From Bdellovibrionales bacterium (GTDB taxonomy: Bacteria; Bdellovibrionota; Bdellovibrionia; Bdellovibrionales; UBA1609), in the NCBI GenBank assembly GCA_965219095.1, contig OZ244719.1, forward strand, positions 653,613 through 717,612: 64,000 nt of DNA. Direction: 5' to 3'. The notes under the pieces were generated by a model. The model made no database searches and was not told where the DNA came from. It saw only the letters and a program-made list of their open reading frames with translations. Each line of letters opens with the position of its first letter. The first letter of the stretch is position 1. Positions 40,250 to 50,030 of the stretch are shown here, piece by piece. A program made the position numbers and the translations under genes.

Positions 40250-41058
40250 TGCCTCAACTGACCCAAAAGATAGTTCTTGTAATCACTTATGACGGCACAG
40301 ATTTTTGGGGATGGCAAAAACAAGCTTTGACCGAGAGGACCGTTCAAGGGGTCTTAGAGAAGGCTCTGGGTCAGTTTTTAGCAGAGCCTATTGTTACAGT
40401 AGCTGCAGGTCGAACGGATAGAGGTGGCCATGCTTTGAATCAGGTTTTACACTTTTCAACCACTCAAGAGTTTAAAAAATATAAATATTTCACAAAGGCT
40501 CTTAATTCCTATTTGCCTCAAAGCATAGTTGTGAAAAAAGCTTTTCTGATGTCAGAGAAAAAAGATTTTCATGCTTTAAAGAGTGCAGAGTCTAAGATCT
40601 ACAAGTACCGTATCAGCCAAACACCGGTTTTATGTCCTTTTGCAAGGCACTTTGTGTACTGGCTGGACCCTCAAAAATTCCAGCTTGATGTAGAAAAACT
40701 CCATAATGAGATACAGTGTCTTGTGGGTTGTTATGACTTTAAAAGCTTTCAAAACCAAGGCACTGAGGTGTTATCAACAGTAAGGCACTTAAGCCAAGCT
40801 TCCTGGGAACTTAAAGGGGAGGTTTTTTTAGAGTTAAGCCTTTGCAGTGATGGTTTCTTGAAACAGATGGTGCGTAACATTGTTGGGGCTCAATTGGAAC
40901 TTCAAAAGTCTTATAAGAGGGACTCTCTTGGTAGCCTGAAGGAGATTTTAGAGAAAAAAACAAGGACACAAGCTTTTAAAACAGTTCCTTCAAGGGGACT
41001 ATTTCTTTCTGAGGTGAAATATCCGTATCCTCTTGACAAGTGGGGAGTAGAAATCTAA
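40246..41058 (+). CDS. truA: tRNA pseudouridine(38-40) synthase
   Basis: YDGTDFWGWQ, AGRTDRGGHA and FLKQMVRNIVG motifs. Confidence 0.95.
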   Translation: MMPQLTQKIVLVITYDGTDFWGWQKQALTERTVQGVLEKALGQFLAEPIVTVAAGRTDRGGHALNQVLHFSTTQEFKKYKYFTKALNSYLPQSIVVKKAFLMSEKKDFHALKSAESKIYKYRISQTPVLCPFARHFVYWLDPQKFQLDVEKLHNEIQCLVGCYDFKSFQNQGTEVLSTVRHLSQASWELKGEVFLELSLCSDGFLKQMVRNIVGAQLELQKSYKRDSLGSLKEILEKKTRTQAFKTVPSRGLFLSEVKYPYPLDKWGVEI

Positions 41059-41072
41059 AACTAAAGTTCGTA

Positions 41073-41507
41073 ATGAAAACGTGGATGGCTAAAGAGACAA
41101 CAAAAAAACCCTCTTGGTGGCTTGTGGATGCTTCAGGAAGGAATTTAGGGCGTTTATCTTCGCAGATTGCTATAGTTTTGCGGGGAAAACACATCCCTGA
41201 GTTTACCCCCCATGTTGACCTAGGAGATTTTGTTGTAGTGATCAACTGTGAAAAAATACTTTTGACAGGAAAGAAAGAGGACAAAAAAATCTACCAACAT
41301 CATACCTCTTACATAGGGGGACTTAAGCAGAAGTCATGGAAAGAAATGAAGAAAAAGAACGCATGCTTTCTTATAGAGCATGCTGTAAAAGGAATGCTAC
41401 CTAAGAATCGTTTAGGTCGCAAAATCTTTAATAAGTTAAAAGTTTATGAAGGCCCTGAGCACCCCCATCATGCACAAAAACCCCAGGCCTATCCATTATT
41501 CAATTAA
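41073..41507 (+). CDS. rplM: 50S ribosomal protein L13
   Basis: WWLVDA..LGRL, FTPHVDLGD and AVKGMLPKN motifs. Confidence 0.98.
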   Translation: MKTWMAKETTKKPSWWLVDASGRNLGRLSSQIAIVLRGKHIPEFTPHVDLGDFVVVINCEKILLTGKKEDKKIYQHHTSYIGGLKQKSWKEMKKKNACFLIEHAVKGMLPKNRLGRKIFNKLKVYEGPEHPHHAQKPQAYPLFN

Positions 41508-41529
41508 AGGGAAGTAGGAGTGTGTCAGT

Positions 41530-41928
41530 ATGCTAGAATCTAAAGAAGTTTATTATGCCACAGGAAGAAGAAAGACCAGTTCGGCGAAAGTTTATCTAAG
41601 GCGGGGAAAAGGCTCTATTACGATCAATAAAAAAGACTATAAAAACTATTTTCCATCCTTTTATAGGCAAGCCTTTATTGAAGAACCTTTGAAAAAAACC
41701 CAAAGTAGAAAGCTTTACGATATAACAGTTTCTGTCTCAGGAGGTGGTGAAACGGGACAAATGGGTGCTATTCGACATGGCTTAAGTCGTGTTTTAACCC
41801 TTGTGGAGCTTAAAAACAGAGCTTCTTTAAAGAGTGCTGGTTTTTTGACACGTGATTCTCGCAAAGTAGAAAGGAAGAAGTATGGTAGGCACAAGGCAAG
41901 AAAAAGCACACAATTTTCAAAAAGGTAG
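41530..41928 (+). CDS. rpsI: 30S ribosomal protein S9
   Basis: TGRRKTS, GGGETGQ and ERKKYG..QFSKR motifs. Confidence 0.98.
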   Translation: MLESKEVYYATGRRKTSSAKVYLRRGKGSITINKKDYKNYFPSFYRQAFIEEPLKKTQSRKLYDITVSVSGGGETGQMGAIRHGLSRVLTLVELKNRASLKSAGFLTRDSRKVERKKYGRHKARKSTQFSKR

Positions 41929-41970
41929 TAAGAATGAATGATATTTTTTTCATTTTATTATAAGTTTATC

Positions 41971-41999
41971 TTGACATAAGAATAATATTACATTATGTT
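41971..41999 (+). promoter_or_regulatory. sigma70 promoter of OMP copy 1
   Basis: TTGACA-17 nt-TATGTT. Duplicated at 45180-45208 as TTGACA-17-TACCTT. Confidence 0.7.
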
Positions 42000-42114
42000 T
42001 AAGCGTGAAATATAGAGGAAAAGAAATAGAAATAGGTGAAACTGTGTAAAAAATATAAAGAGGTAAATAAAAAAAGAAATAAACAAATAAGAACAAATAA
42101 AAGGAGGATAAAAT

Positions 42115-42816
42115 ATGCAATCAATCAAAAAAATAAGTCTCATAGTAGGAGTTTTAGCTTTTGCAAATCTAGCTTCTGCAGCTATGTCTGACTACAATAT
42201 ATACGTGGGAGCAGGCGTTAACATGTTCAAACCAAAAAATAAGTTCGATGATGGAAAGGAAGATGTGAAAGCTTCACAAGAGAGGATAACTTATAACAAC
42301 AAAGTAGGTTTTAATGCTGGTGCTTTAGGCTATATCAAAATGGCTGACATGATTTCACTTAGAACTGGGGTTTTCTACTCTATGAAAAATTTTCAAATGA
42401 ATGATGGTGGGACTCCTGCTGGTGACAACAACGACCCTCCTGCTGGTAATTCTAAGGCGAATGAAGTCACTTTGTCTTATGTGGATGTTCCTGTGACCTT
42501 AGCTTACTCTATGAACAAAATGGCTCATATTTATGGGGGAGCAAATGTTAGCTTTAAAGTGAACTACTCTGAGGAAACGGAATTTACTAGTGACATTGTT
42601 AAAGATGATAACCTAAAGAGCTTTCTTATTACAGGAACTATTGGTGGTCAGTTCAATGTTATGGATCGTGTAGGTGTTGATGTTTACGCTGAAATGGGCT
42701 TTGGTTCTCTTTTGGACGTTCCTGAGGCTACTGATAGTACTACAGAGGATCCTGATAACAACGATGTCGCAAAAAGCCCTCTTGGTTTCGGAGCTCGTCT
42801 TCTTTATAGATTCTAA
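42115..42816 (+). CDS. Outer-membrane beta-barrel protein (about 8 strands), paralogue 1
   Basis: Signal peptide, alternating amphipathic strands (YVDVPVTLAY), C-terminal YRF barrel signal. Confidence 0.88.
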   Translation: MQSIKKISLIVGVLAFANLASAAMSDYNIYVGAGVNMFKPKNKFDDGKEDVKASQERITYNNKVGFNAGALGYIKMADMISLRTGVFYSMKNFQMNDGGTPAGDNNDPPAGNSKANEVTLSYVDVPVTLAYSMNKMAHIYGGANVSFKVNYSEETEFTSDIVKDDNLKSFLITGTIGGQFNVMDRVGVDVYAEMGFGSLLDVPEATDSTTEDPDNNDVAKSPLGFGARLLYRF

Positions 42817-42855
42817 TCTAAGTTAGAAGTAAGGCGTTCTACAAACCCTAAAAGC

Positions 42856-42892
42856 TTTTCCCGACTTTCTTACACATTTGAAAGTCGGGGAA
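42856..42892 (+). terminator. Hairpin after OMP 1
   Basis: TTTCCCGACTTTC...GAAAGTCGGGGAAA. Confidence 0.55.
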
Positions 42893-42975
42893 ATTAAGTT
42901 CAAAATATAGTTTTTTATAGGACCTAACAAGGCTTTTTCTTTTTTTTATTAGTTGAAAATCAAGGGTTATGTTTA

Positions 42976-43035
42976 GGGTGTGTCCTCATTTACCCAGACC
43001 TTTTTCAAGACCTTAGGTGTGTTGAATATCTATAA
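42976..43035 (+). repeat. Solo left end of the IS5/IS427-like element
   Basis: GGGTGTGTCCTCATTTACCCAGACCTTTTTCAAGACCTTAGG matches 45004-45063 reverse complement. Confidence 0.75.
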
Positions 43036-44077
43036 ACCCGAGTTTCGACTTTTATATATTGCTCAGAAGCCCCTGTTCTTGAGTTTTAAGTTGAATGGAA
43101 GGTTTTAGGTTTTAAGTAAGTACGAGATGAGAGTACCTAAAAGATTGATGACAAAGTTTTGTGGGCTACGATGGCAAGAATGCTCAAGATGAAACTCTCC
43201 TTTTAACACTCCAATCACTGACCTCCATAACAGAACGTTTTTTCAACATCAACTTGTCAAATAAGGGAATCAATTTATTCTTCATATTTAATTTGACGTT
43301 TGTAATAAGCTTAACTCCCTTTTTTAAAAGCTTTTTGAAAAGGTCTGATGAAATATAACCTTTGTCTCCAAAAAGTTTCCCCACCAGCCCTTTACTATAA
43401 ATCTATAACTTAGCTTTCGATCATCTACATTTCTCGGAGTTAAGGTAAAACTTAAAAGTTCTCCGAGGTGATTGATAACAATATGGAGTTTAAATCCGAA
43501 GAACCAGCCTATGACTTCTTTTACCTTTTTTTAGCTAACTTTTGAAACACTTTATTTCGTCCCATTCTTTTATTTTTGAAGAAAAATCGATGTGGAATCA
43601 ATAAATGTATGCCTGTGGTTTTACTCATAAGGCTTGTCGAGAAAAGAAACATCAAAGGAGCCTCTTCTTTTTTTATGTTCACAAATCGGGAGTAAGACAA
43701 CATTTTAGGAAAATAAGGTTTAAGATAGACTTTTGCAAACTGGTAAAAGGCTTTAAAATTCCTAAAGCCAGAACTTTGGAAAAGTAAGATAAAGAGTGAT
43801 AATTTCGCTGGGAGACATAGCACAAGAAAAACCTCTTTTATTTTTAGCAAACTAGTTCTAGATGCTGCTGTATGAGAGGGGTTAAAAAATCATCGACAAG
43901 AACATAAATTGATATGATATAATTAGAATTAAACATCTTAGACCTCCTTGTATGTTTTTTTATAACTCTCAAGTTGTTTTTCCTTGTAAGTTGCTTCTTC
44001 AAGAAAACCTTACAAAGGTCTGAGGTGTTTGTTGATATCAGCTAGCCTTTAGCCTTGAAAAAAGTCAAAACTCGGGT
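43036..44077 (-). mobile_element. IS982-family element, frameshifted transposase
   Basis: Ends ACCCGAGTTT(C/T)GACTTTT. Fragments FRNFKAFY, WFFGFKLH, GDKGYIS and KRSV.E. Confidence 0.88.
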
Positions 44078-44192
44078 TAATAAAATTGATGCTCTAAAAG
44101 AGATTTTATTTCAAAAATGCTCCAAAGTTGATCGATTCTCCTAGCCTTTTATCTGGATTTTTAAAAAACTCTGACTTTTTCACGGACGACTA

Positions 44193-45063
44193 GGGCGTGT
44201 CCTCATTTGACTGGACCTTTGCTTTGAAGTTTAAGCCAAATAAACATACACGCTATAGATAGTATAGCTTTGAAATTTCTAGCAAGCTTTTCAAATCGAG
44301 TAGCAATGCCTCTAAAATGTTTAAGACGAGCAAAAAGGTTTTCTATCTGATGTCGAGATTTATAAATATGACGATCAAAATCTTTATTTTTCTTTTTGCT
44401 ATTTTTTCGTCTCGGTATTACAGGCTTTATCTTCTTACTATGAGCTTTATCTCGTATCTCATCTGAATCATAGGCCTTATCAGCAATCAAATACTCACTA
44501 TGAAACTCATCAATTAAATCACCTGCAACTTGACTGTCGTGGACTTCACCCCCAGTGATTTTAAAACAGAGCGGATTTCCATGCGCATCGGAGGCCATGT
44601 GTATTTTTGTTGTGGTTCCGCCTCTAGATTTTCCCACAGCACGACTTTCTCCACGCCGAGCTCCACTAGCATGCTGATGAACCGATACGTAACTTCCGTC
44701 GATGGACACCCACTCTGTATCAACGTCTTCTTGTAAAGTAAAAAAAAATTATTCCATAGCCCTTTTTGTGCCCATCTATTAAAGCGGTTATATGCTGTCT
44801 TCCAAGGACAGAACTGTTCAGGAATGTCACGCCACGGACTGCCTGTACGTAATTTTCATAAAATGGCTTCCATAATATTTCTATTGTTTGCTGAATGATA
44901 ACAGCCCTTCCCTCTTATAATAGCTTCCAGCTCTTTCCACATAGAATCTGTTAAAACTTTTCTTAACATAAATACCCCCTTTGTTATGAGCTTTTTACAA
45001 TCTTTATAAATATTCAACAGGCCTAAGGTCTTGAAAAAGGTCTAGGCAAATGAGGACACGCCC
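44193..45063 (-). mobile_element. IS5-family (IS427-like) element, nonsense mutation in orfA
   Basis: 17-bp TIR GGGCGTGTCCTCATTTG flanked by TA. orfB has SRGGTTTKIH, ADKAYDSD and IENLFARLKHFRGIATRFEK. orfA reads IL*KLRTGSPWRD. Confidence 0.9.
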
Positions 45064-45316
45064 TAGGTAAGAATTCTTATTTGTTTTGTCTTGTTAGAGA
45101 AGGGTCTAGGGTTGCAAGTTGTTGCTTATTAGTTATGTGTACCTTTATATTTTATCATATCATAAGCTTCTATTGACTATTGACATCAGAATAATATTAC
45201 ATTACCTTTAATATAGAGTTAGGTAGAGTTAGGTGAAACTGTGTAAAAGAGTAATATAAAAGGTAAATAAAAATAAAAAAAAGAAATAAAAATAAAAAAA
45301 TAATAAGGAGGATAAA

Positions 45317-45988
45317 ATGCAATCAATCAAAAAACTAAGTCTTATAGTAGGAGTTTTAGCTTTCGCAAGCCTAGCTTCTGCAGCTATGTCTGACTACAAC
45401 ATTTACGTAGGAGTAGGTGTTAACATGTTCAAACCAAAAAATAAGTTCGATAACCCAAATACTGATGACGATGCAGGAAACGAGAAAGTGACTTATAACA
45501 ACAAAATAGGTTTTAATGCTGGTGCCTTAGGTTATATTAAAATGGCTGACATGATTTCACTTAGAACTGGGGTTTTCTACTCTATGAAAAATTTCAAAGT
45601 GAAAGATGGCGAAACTACACCTAAAATGAACGAAGTCAACTTGTCTTATGTGGACATTCCTGTGACCTTAGCTTACTCTATGAACAAAATGGCTCATATT
45701 TATGGGGGAGCAAATGTTAGCTTTAAAGTGAACTACTCTGAGGATATGGAAAACAGCTTTGCTGATGGTGCAAAAATCGTCAATGATGAGAACCTAAAAA
45801 GTTTTCTTATTACAGGAACTGTTGGTGGTCAGTTTAATGTTATGGATCGTGTAGGTGTTGATGTTTACGCTGAAATGGGCTTTGGCTCTCTTTTAGACAC
45901 TGGAGATGACGACGAAGCTGATGGTGATAACAACGATCTTGCAAAGAGCCCTCTTGGTTTCGGAGCTCGCCTTTTTTACAAGTTCTAA
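45317..45988 (+). CDS. Outer-membrane beta-barrel protein, paralogue 2
   Basis: Framework near-identical to 42115..42816. Ends YKF. Confidence 0.88.
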   Translation: MQSIKKLSLIVGVLAFASLASAAMSDYNIYVGVGVNMFKPKNKFDNPNTDDDAGNEKVTYNNKIGFNAGALGYIKMADMISLRTGVFYSMKNFKVKDGETTPKMNEVNLSYVDIPVTLAYSMNKMAHIYGGANVSFKVNYSEDMENSFADGAKIVNDENLKSFLITGTVGGQFNVMDRVGVDVYAEMGFGSLLDTGDDDEADGDNNDLAKSPLGFGARLFYKF

Positions 45989-46008
45989 TGTTTTACAACT
46001 TTCGCAAT

Positions 46009-46041
46009 AAAAAACTCCCCTTAATGTAGGGGGAGTTTTTT
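46009..46041 (+). terminator. Rho-independent terminator after OMP 2
   Basis: AAAAAACTCCCC-loop-GGGGAGTTTTT. Confidence 0.75.
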
Positions 46042-46067
46042 AAAAAAATAGGTAGGGAGGAGGTTCT

Positions 46068-46694
46068 ATGAAAAAGATTAAAAGAATTTTTATTGTATTT
46101 TTTTTCATTTGTTTTTCTCAGGTTCAAGCTGGAATGCCTGATTATGATCTTTATGTAGGTTTGGGAGTTAACTTTTTTAAACCTAAAGACAATAGTACTT
46201 CTCAAGGGAGGTTTAGCAGTAACTTTTCTTACTCTAATAAATTGGGTTTTAACGGTGGAGCTTTAGCTTATATTAAGATGGGAAATAAACTTTCCTTACG
46301 CACAGGTTTGTTAGCTTCTTTAAGAAAATTTGCATTACAACTACCTAATCAAAATATTCCAGAGCAAAATGACTATAGCTTGTCCTATGTTGATCTTCCT
46401 TTAACTCTTTCCTATTCTATGGCAGATCAGGTCTATGTTTATGGAGGGGGTATTTTAGGCTATAGGTTTAGTTTTTCTTCCAATCAGTTAACGAGAAATT
46501 CTAATTTTGATTTTGATCAAGCCAATTTTAAAACCTATCTTTTAGGCCTCACCTTAGGGGTTCATTTCAATTTTATGGAGGCCATAGGTGTTGATGCTTA
46601 TGCAGAGATGGGTTTAGGGTCTTTACTCAAGCAAAATGGTGATCAAGCTACAAACCCTATTGGTTTTGGATTACGAGCTTTGTACAAATTCTAA
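46068..46694 (+). CDS. Outer-membrane beta-barrel protein, paralogue 3 (more diverged)
   Basis: Same strand pattern (DYDLYVGLGVN, YVDLPLTLSY, DAYAEMGLGSLL, YKF). GGAGG RBS. Confidence 0.85.
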   Translation: MKKIKRIFIVFFFICFSQVQAGMPDYDLYVGLGVNFFKPKDNSTSQGRFSSNFSYSNKLGFNGGALAYIKMGNKLSLRTGLLASLRKFALQLPNQNIPEQNDYSLSYVDLPLTLSYSMADQVYVYGGGILGYRFSFSSNQLTRNSNFDFDQANFKTYLLGLTLGVHFNFMEAIGVDAYAEMGLGSLLKQNGDQATNPIGFGLRALYKF

Positions 46695-46844
46695 GCTTCT
46701 CTCTTTTCATTGGCATTTGTCTTACGGATTTTTGAGAAAAAACAAGAGGTTTTTTAATTTTAAAGGCCTTTTGTTTTCTCTAGGGCTTTTGCAAAGCATT
46801 AAATCAGATGAAAAAAACATTAAATTCAAGTAGAATATATATGT

Positions 46845-47153
46845 ATGGGAACAAAAACCGAGACCATTGTAAGGCCAAAAAGTCGAGAGAGGTTGAAAAA
46901 ACCTAGTCAGTATAAAGTTGTTATGCTAAATGATGATTTTACGCCTGTAGATTTTGTGGTCCTTGTTTTAGAGAAAATCTTTAACAGAAGTTCTAATGAA
47001 GCTCATAGGATTATGAAAGAGGTTCATAATAAGGGCTCAGGGGTGGCAGGTATTTTCCATTACGAATTAGCTGAAACAAAAGCTCATCAAGCTAACTCTT
47101 ATTCACATTCTCATAAATACCCTCTGCAATGTGTTTTAGAAAAAAAGAAATAA
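46845..47153 (+). CDS. clpS: ATP-dependent Clp protease adaptor ClpS
   Basis: YKVVMLNDDFTP..FVV, VHNKGSGVAG, AETK and YPLQC motifs. Confidence 0.95.
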   Translation: MGTKTETIVRPKSRERLKKPSQYKVVMLNDDFTPVDFVVLVLEKIFNRSSNEAHRIMKEVHNKGSGVAGIFHYELAETKAHQANSYSHSHKYPLQCVLEKKK

Positions 47154-47451
47154 CTTTTTTCAAACTTCAACGGAATTTACGGACATCCTTCTAATTTTTA
47201 CTTTTAATTTTTCAGTGTACTACAGATATCCTCATTAATTTTGTAATTGGTATAACAAGCTTTTAAAGATATTGTTGATTCCTGATATAAAATCTTGTGA
47301 GCAAAAGAAAGACGGTGAGGAACATAAAAAAGAGTGGACTGCACTGAAAAATAAAGCAAACTGAGGTCATTCAAAAGAAACCCTCTTAAAATCTGATTAG
47401 AAGAGTTAGACTCATCTAAGAAGTAAGCTCATAAAAAGGAGCTTACTATTA

Positions 47452-47708
47452 ACCCGAGTTTCGACTTTTATATATTGCTCAGAGGCCCCTGTTCTTGAGT
47501 TTTAAGTTGAATGGAGGGTTTTTTAGGTTTTAAACAAAGGAGATGAGAGTACCTAAAAGATTGATGACAAAGTTTTGTGGGCTACGATGGCGAGAATGCT
47601 CAAGATGAAACTCTCCTTTTAACACTCCAATCACTGTTTCCACAACAGAACGTTTTTTCAACATCAACTTGTCAAATAAGGGAATCAATTTATTCTTCAT
47701 ATTTAATT
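47452..47708 (-). pseudogene. IS982 3' fragment with right end
   Basis: ACCCGAGTTTCGAC end. KRSVVETVIGVLK..HSRHRS in frame. Confidence 0.85.
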
Positions 47709-48120
47709 TGTAATAGTCGCAACTTAATCTGACACGTCTTGAATCTTTAATTCCTCCCACTCACTGTCCTTAGGATAACCATACTGCTGTGCTATATCAG
47801 AAAGTTCTTCGTCTGTGAGCTTATGATCTACTCTTATCTCTTTTAAGGCCTTCACCTCCCCTTCTTTAGAAGCAGGAACTAAACTCTCAGATTCAAGAAG
47901 AATTGTCTTTTTAAGCTTCTTTCTACTACGAGAAGATAGTTTTCTTTTTTCACTGGATTTTCCAAATACTATTTTCTTGAACTTACTAAGTAGCTCATCA
48001 TTAAAAAGCTTTAATTGATCTTCTTTGGCCTTTTTCTTCTTAAGTTCATTTAATTCTCCTTTTAAAAGATTATTTTCTTTTAAAAGGAGAATGAGTTCAT
48101 TAGAAATCAACTTTACATTT

Positions 48121-49515
48121 GAGGATGTCCCATTTCTCGGTGGAATTCTGCTCAAAAATGGAGCAGAGTAAGAGGGCTCCCTGGTGGATTTTTAAGTCCA
48201 CCTAGGGTTTAATAAATATTAGAATGAATTAAAAACTAAACGAAAGGAGCCCCAAATGAAGAATACAAAAGAAAAAATATCAATTCAAGAACTATCGGAT
48301 CACAAGGAGATTCAAGATGCTGTTCATAACTATATGAAGCATAGAATTCTTGACGTAATCTACCGGATGTTTAATGACGAAGTCACTAAGCTGTGTGGTC
48401 CACTATACAATCGAGAGAAAGAATGCATGCGAAGTGGAAGCGATCCTGGGTCTGTTTATGCTCAAGGACAAAGAGTTTCAATTCGAAAGCCCAGAGTTAA
48501 AAAAGACGGAAAAGATATCAAACTACAAACATACTCTGCCTTGAGAAATTACGATGTTTTCACTGAAAAGATTCAAAACCACCTTTTCCATGGAGTTTCA
48601 ACAAGGGACTACGATCCTCTTTTAGAGGAGATTTCTGGTGGCACAGGAGTTAAGAAGAGTTCTGTTTCTAGAGCTTTTGTAAATTCCTCTAAGAAGGCTT
48701 TAGATGAGATAAGCTCTAAGGACTTGTCTAAGCATGAGTTTGTTTCAGTCATGATAGATGGAGTAGGCTTTGGAGATCGTACAGTGGTGGTTGCTTTAGG
48801 TATCGACGTGACGGGCAAAAAGCACATTATAGGGTTACGAGAAGGAACTACAGAAAATTGCGAGCTGACAAAAGATCTTTTAGAGAACCTTGTTTCTAGA
48901 GGTATGGATTCAGATAAGGGCTATCTTTTTATTATTGATGGTTCTAAAGCTCTAAGGAAGGCTATCAAGGCAGTTTGGGGAAAAAAGTCTGTTGTTCAAC
49001 GTTGCATTCGTCACAAAGAAAGAAATATCCTCAATTATTTGCCAAAAGAAAGACATCAAGAGTTTCGCATTCGTTGGAAAAGACTTCATGGTTCAGTAGA
49101 TTATGAATCGGCTTTGAAAGAGCATGAGGAGTTAGTTTGTTGGTTGAAACAGATCAACCATTCAGCTTTAGAATCTCTTGAAGAAGCTTGTAAGGAGACT
49201 TTGACTGTGATTCGTCTTAAAGCTACCCCCTCCTTAAAAAAGACTTTACTGTCTACAAATCCTATAGAGTCCATGTTTTCCTACACAAGGTATAGAACAG
49301 GGAGAGTTAAGAACTGGAAAAGAGGAGCAGACCAAGTGAGTCGTTGGGCTGCTGTTACTCTCTTTGATGCTGAGAAAAGATTTAAACGAATCAGAGGCTT
49401 TATGTATTTAAAAAACTTTAAAGAAAACTTAGAAAAAATGGTTGCAAAACAAAGAAAGGTCGCTTAAACATGAAATCGCCCTCTAACTAATTCCACCGAG
49501 AAATGGGACATCCTC
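48121..49515 (+). mobile_element. IS256-family element
   Basis: 27-bp perfect TIR GAGGATGTCCCATTTCTCGGTGGAATT. 8-bp TSD TTACATTT. Confidence 0.95.
48256..49467 (+). CDS. IS256 (Mutator-type) transposase
   Basis: GVSTRDY, MIDG, IIDGSKAL, QRCIRHK.RN and STNPIES motifs. Confidence 0.95.
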   Translation: MKNTKEKISIQELSDHKEIQDAVHNYMKHRILDVIYRMFNDEVTKLCGPLYNREKECMRSGSDPGSVYAQGQRVSIRKPRVKKDGKDIKLQTYSALRNYDVFTEKIQNHLFHGVSTRDYDPLLEEISGGTGVKKSSVSRAFVNSSKKALDEISSKDLSKHEFVSVMIDGVGFGDRTVVVALGIDVTGKKHIIGLREGTTENCELTKDLLENLVSRGMDSDKGYLFIIDGSKALRKAIKAVWGKKSVVQRCIRHKERNILNYLPKERHQEFRIRWKRLHGSVDYESALKEHEELVCWLKQINHSALESLEEACKETLTVIRLKATPSLKKTLLSTNPIESMFSYTRYRTGRVKNWKRGADQVSRWAAVTLFDAEKRFKRIRGFMYLKNFKENLEKMVAKQRKVA

Positions 49516-49700
49516 TTACATTTTCCAGATCTTTTTCCTCTTGAAGAAATGAAGGAAGATGCTTGTATTCAGGGTTTTCGCTTTTTTTTAAATAAGGAAA
49601 AAGACTCATCTGCATACATTAATGTCAACATGTCTGTTTTTGTTTTGCAAGCTTTTTTTTAAAAAAAATAAAAAAAATTTAAAAAAATAATCTAAAAAAA

Positions 49701-50030
49701 TTATCTTTTCTTAAGCTCGTACTTTCTTAAAATTGAACCATGAACTAAAAGATTCAATTCACTCCTTGTTAACTCGGGAGAACTTAAATCACTTAAACTC
49801 ATAAACCTTTCTTTCTCCATCCTCTTTGTTAGTAAAACAAGACCACTCCCATCATAGAACAGCCCTTTTAATCTCCTTCTATTAAAACCTAGAAAGAGAT
49901 AAAGATCTCCTAAGTTGATCTCTCCTTCCATCTCACTTCTCACCAGATAACTCAACCTCTCAAAACTCCATCGCATGTCTATCTTTTGAGAGTAGACAAA
50001 AATACGATAGCCTTCAGATAAAAAGATCAT
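49701..50030 (-). CDS. IS66 accessory protein TnpB
   Basis: IDMRWSFERL, LYLF..RRRLKGLFYDGSGLVLLTKRME. Confidence 0.9.
   Translation of the reverse strand: MIFLSEGYRIFVYSQKIDMRWSFERLSYLVRSEMEGEINLGDLYLFLGFNRRRLKGLFYDGSGLVLLTKRMEKERFMSLSDLSSPELTRSELNLLVHGSILRKYELKKR

Noticed and set aside
44850..44870. TGA at a conserved Trp position in IS5 orfA, suggesting TGA recoding
   Set aside because: dnaJ, top6A and rpe end in TGA at their expected termini. A simple TGG>TGA nonsense mutation explains it.
47724..48155. ORFs 47724-48155 and 52443-52721 as standalone genes
   Set aside because: They are chimeric frames of IS66 tnpC and tnpA pieces fused to the ends of inserted ISs.
49701..50030. TnpB as an RNA-guided nuclease
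   Set aside because: This is the 109-aa IS66 accessory TnpB, unrelated to IS200/IS605 RuvC TnpB.
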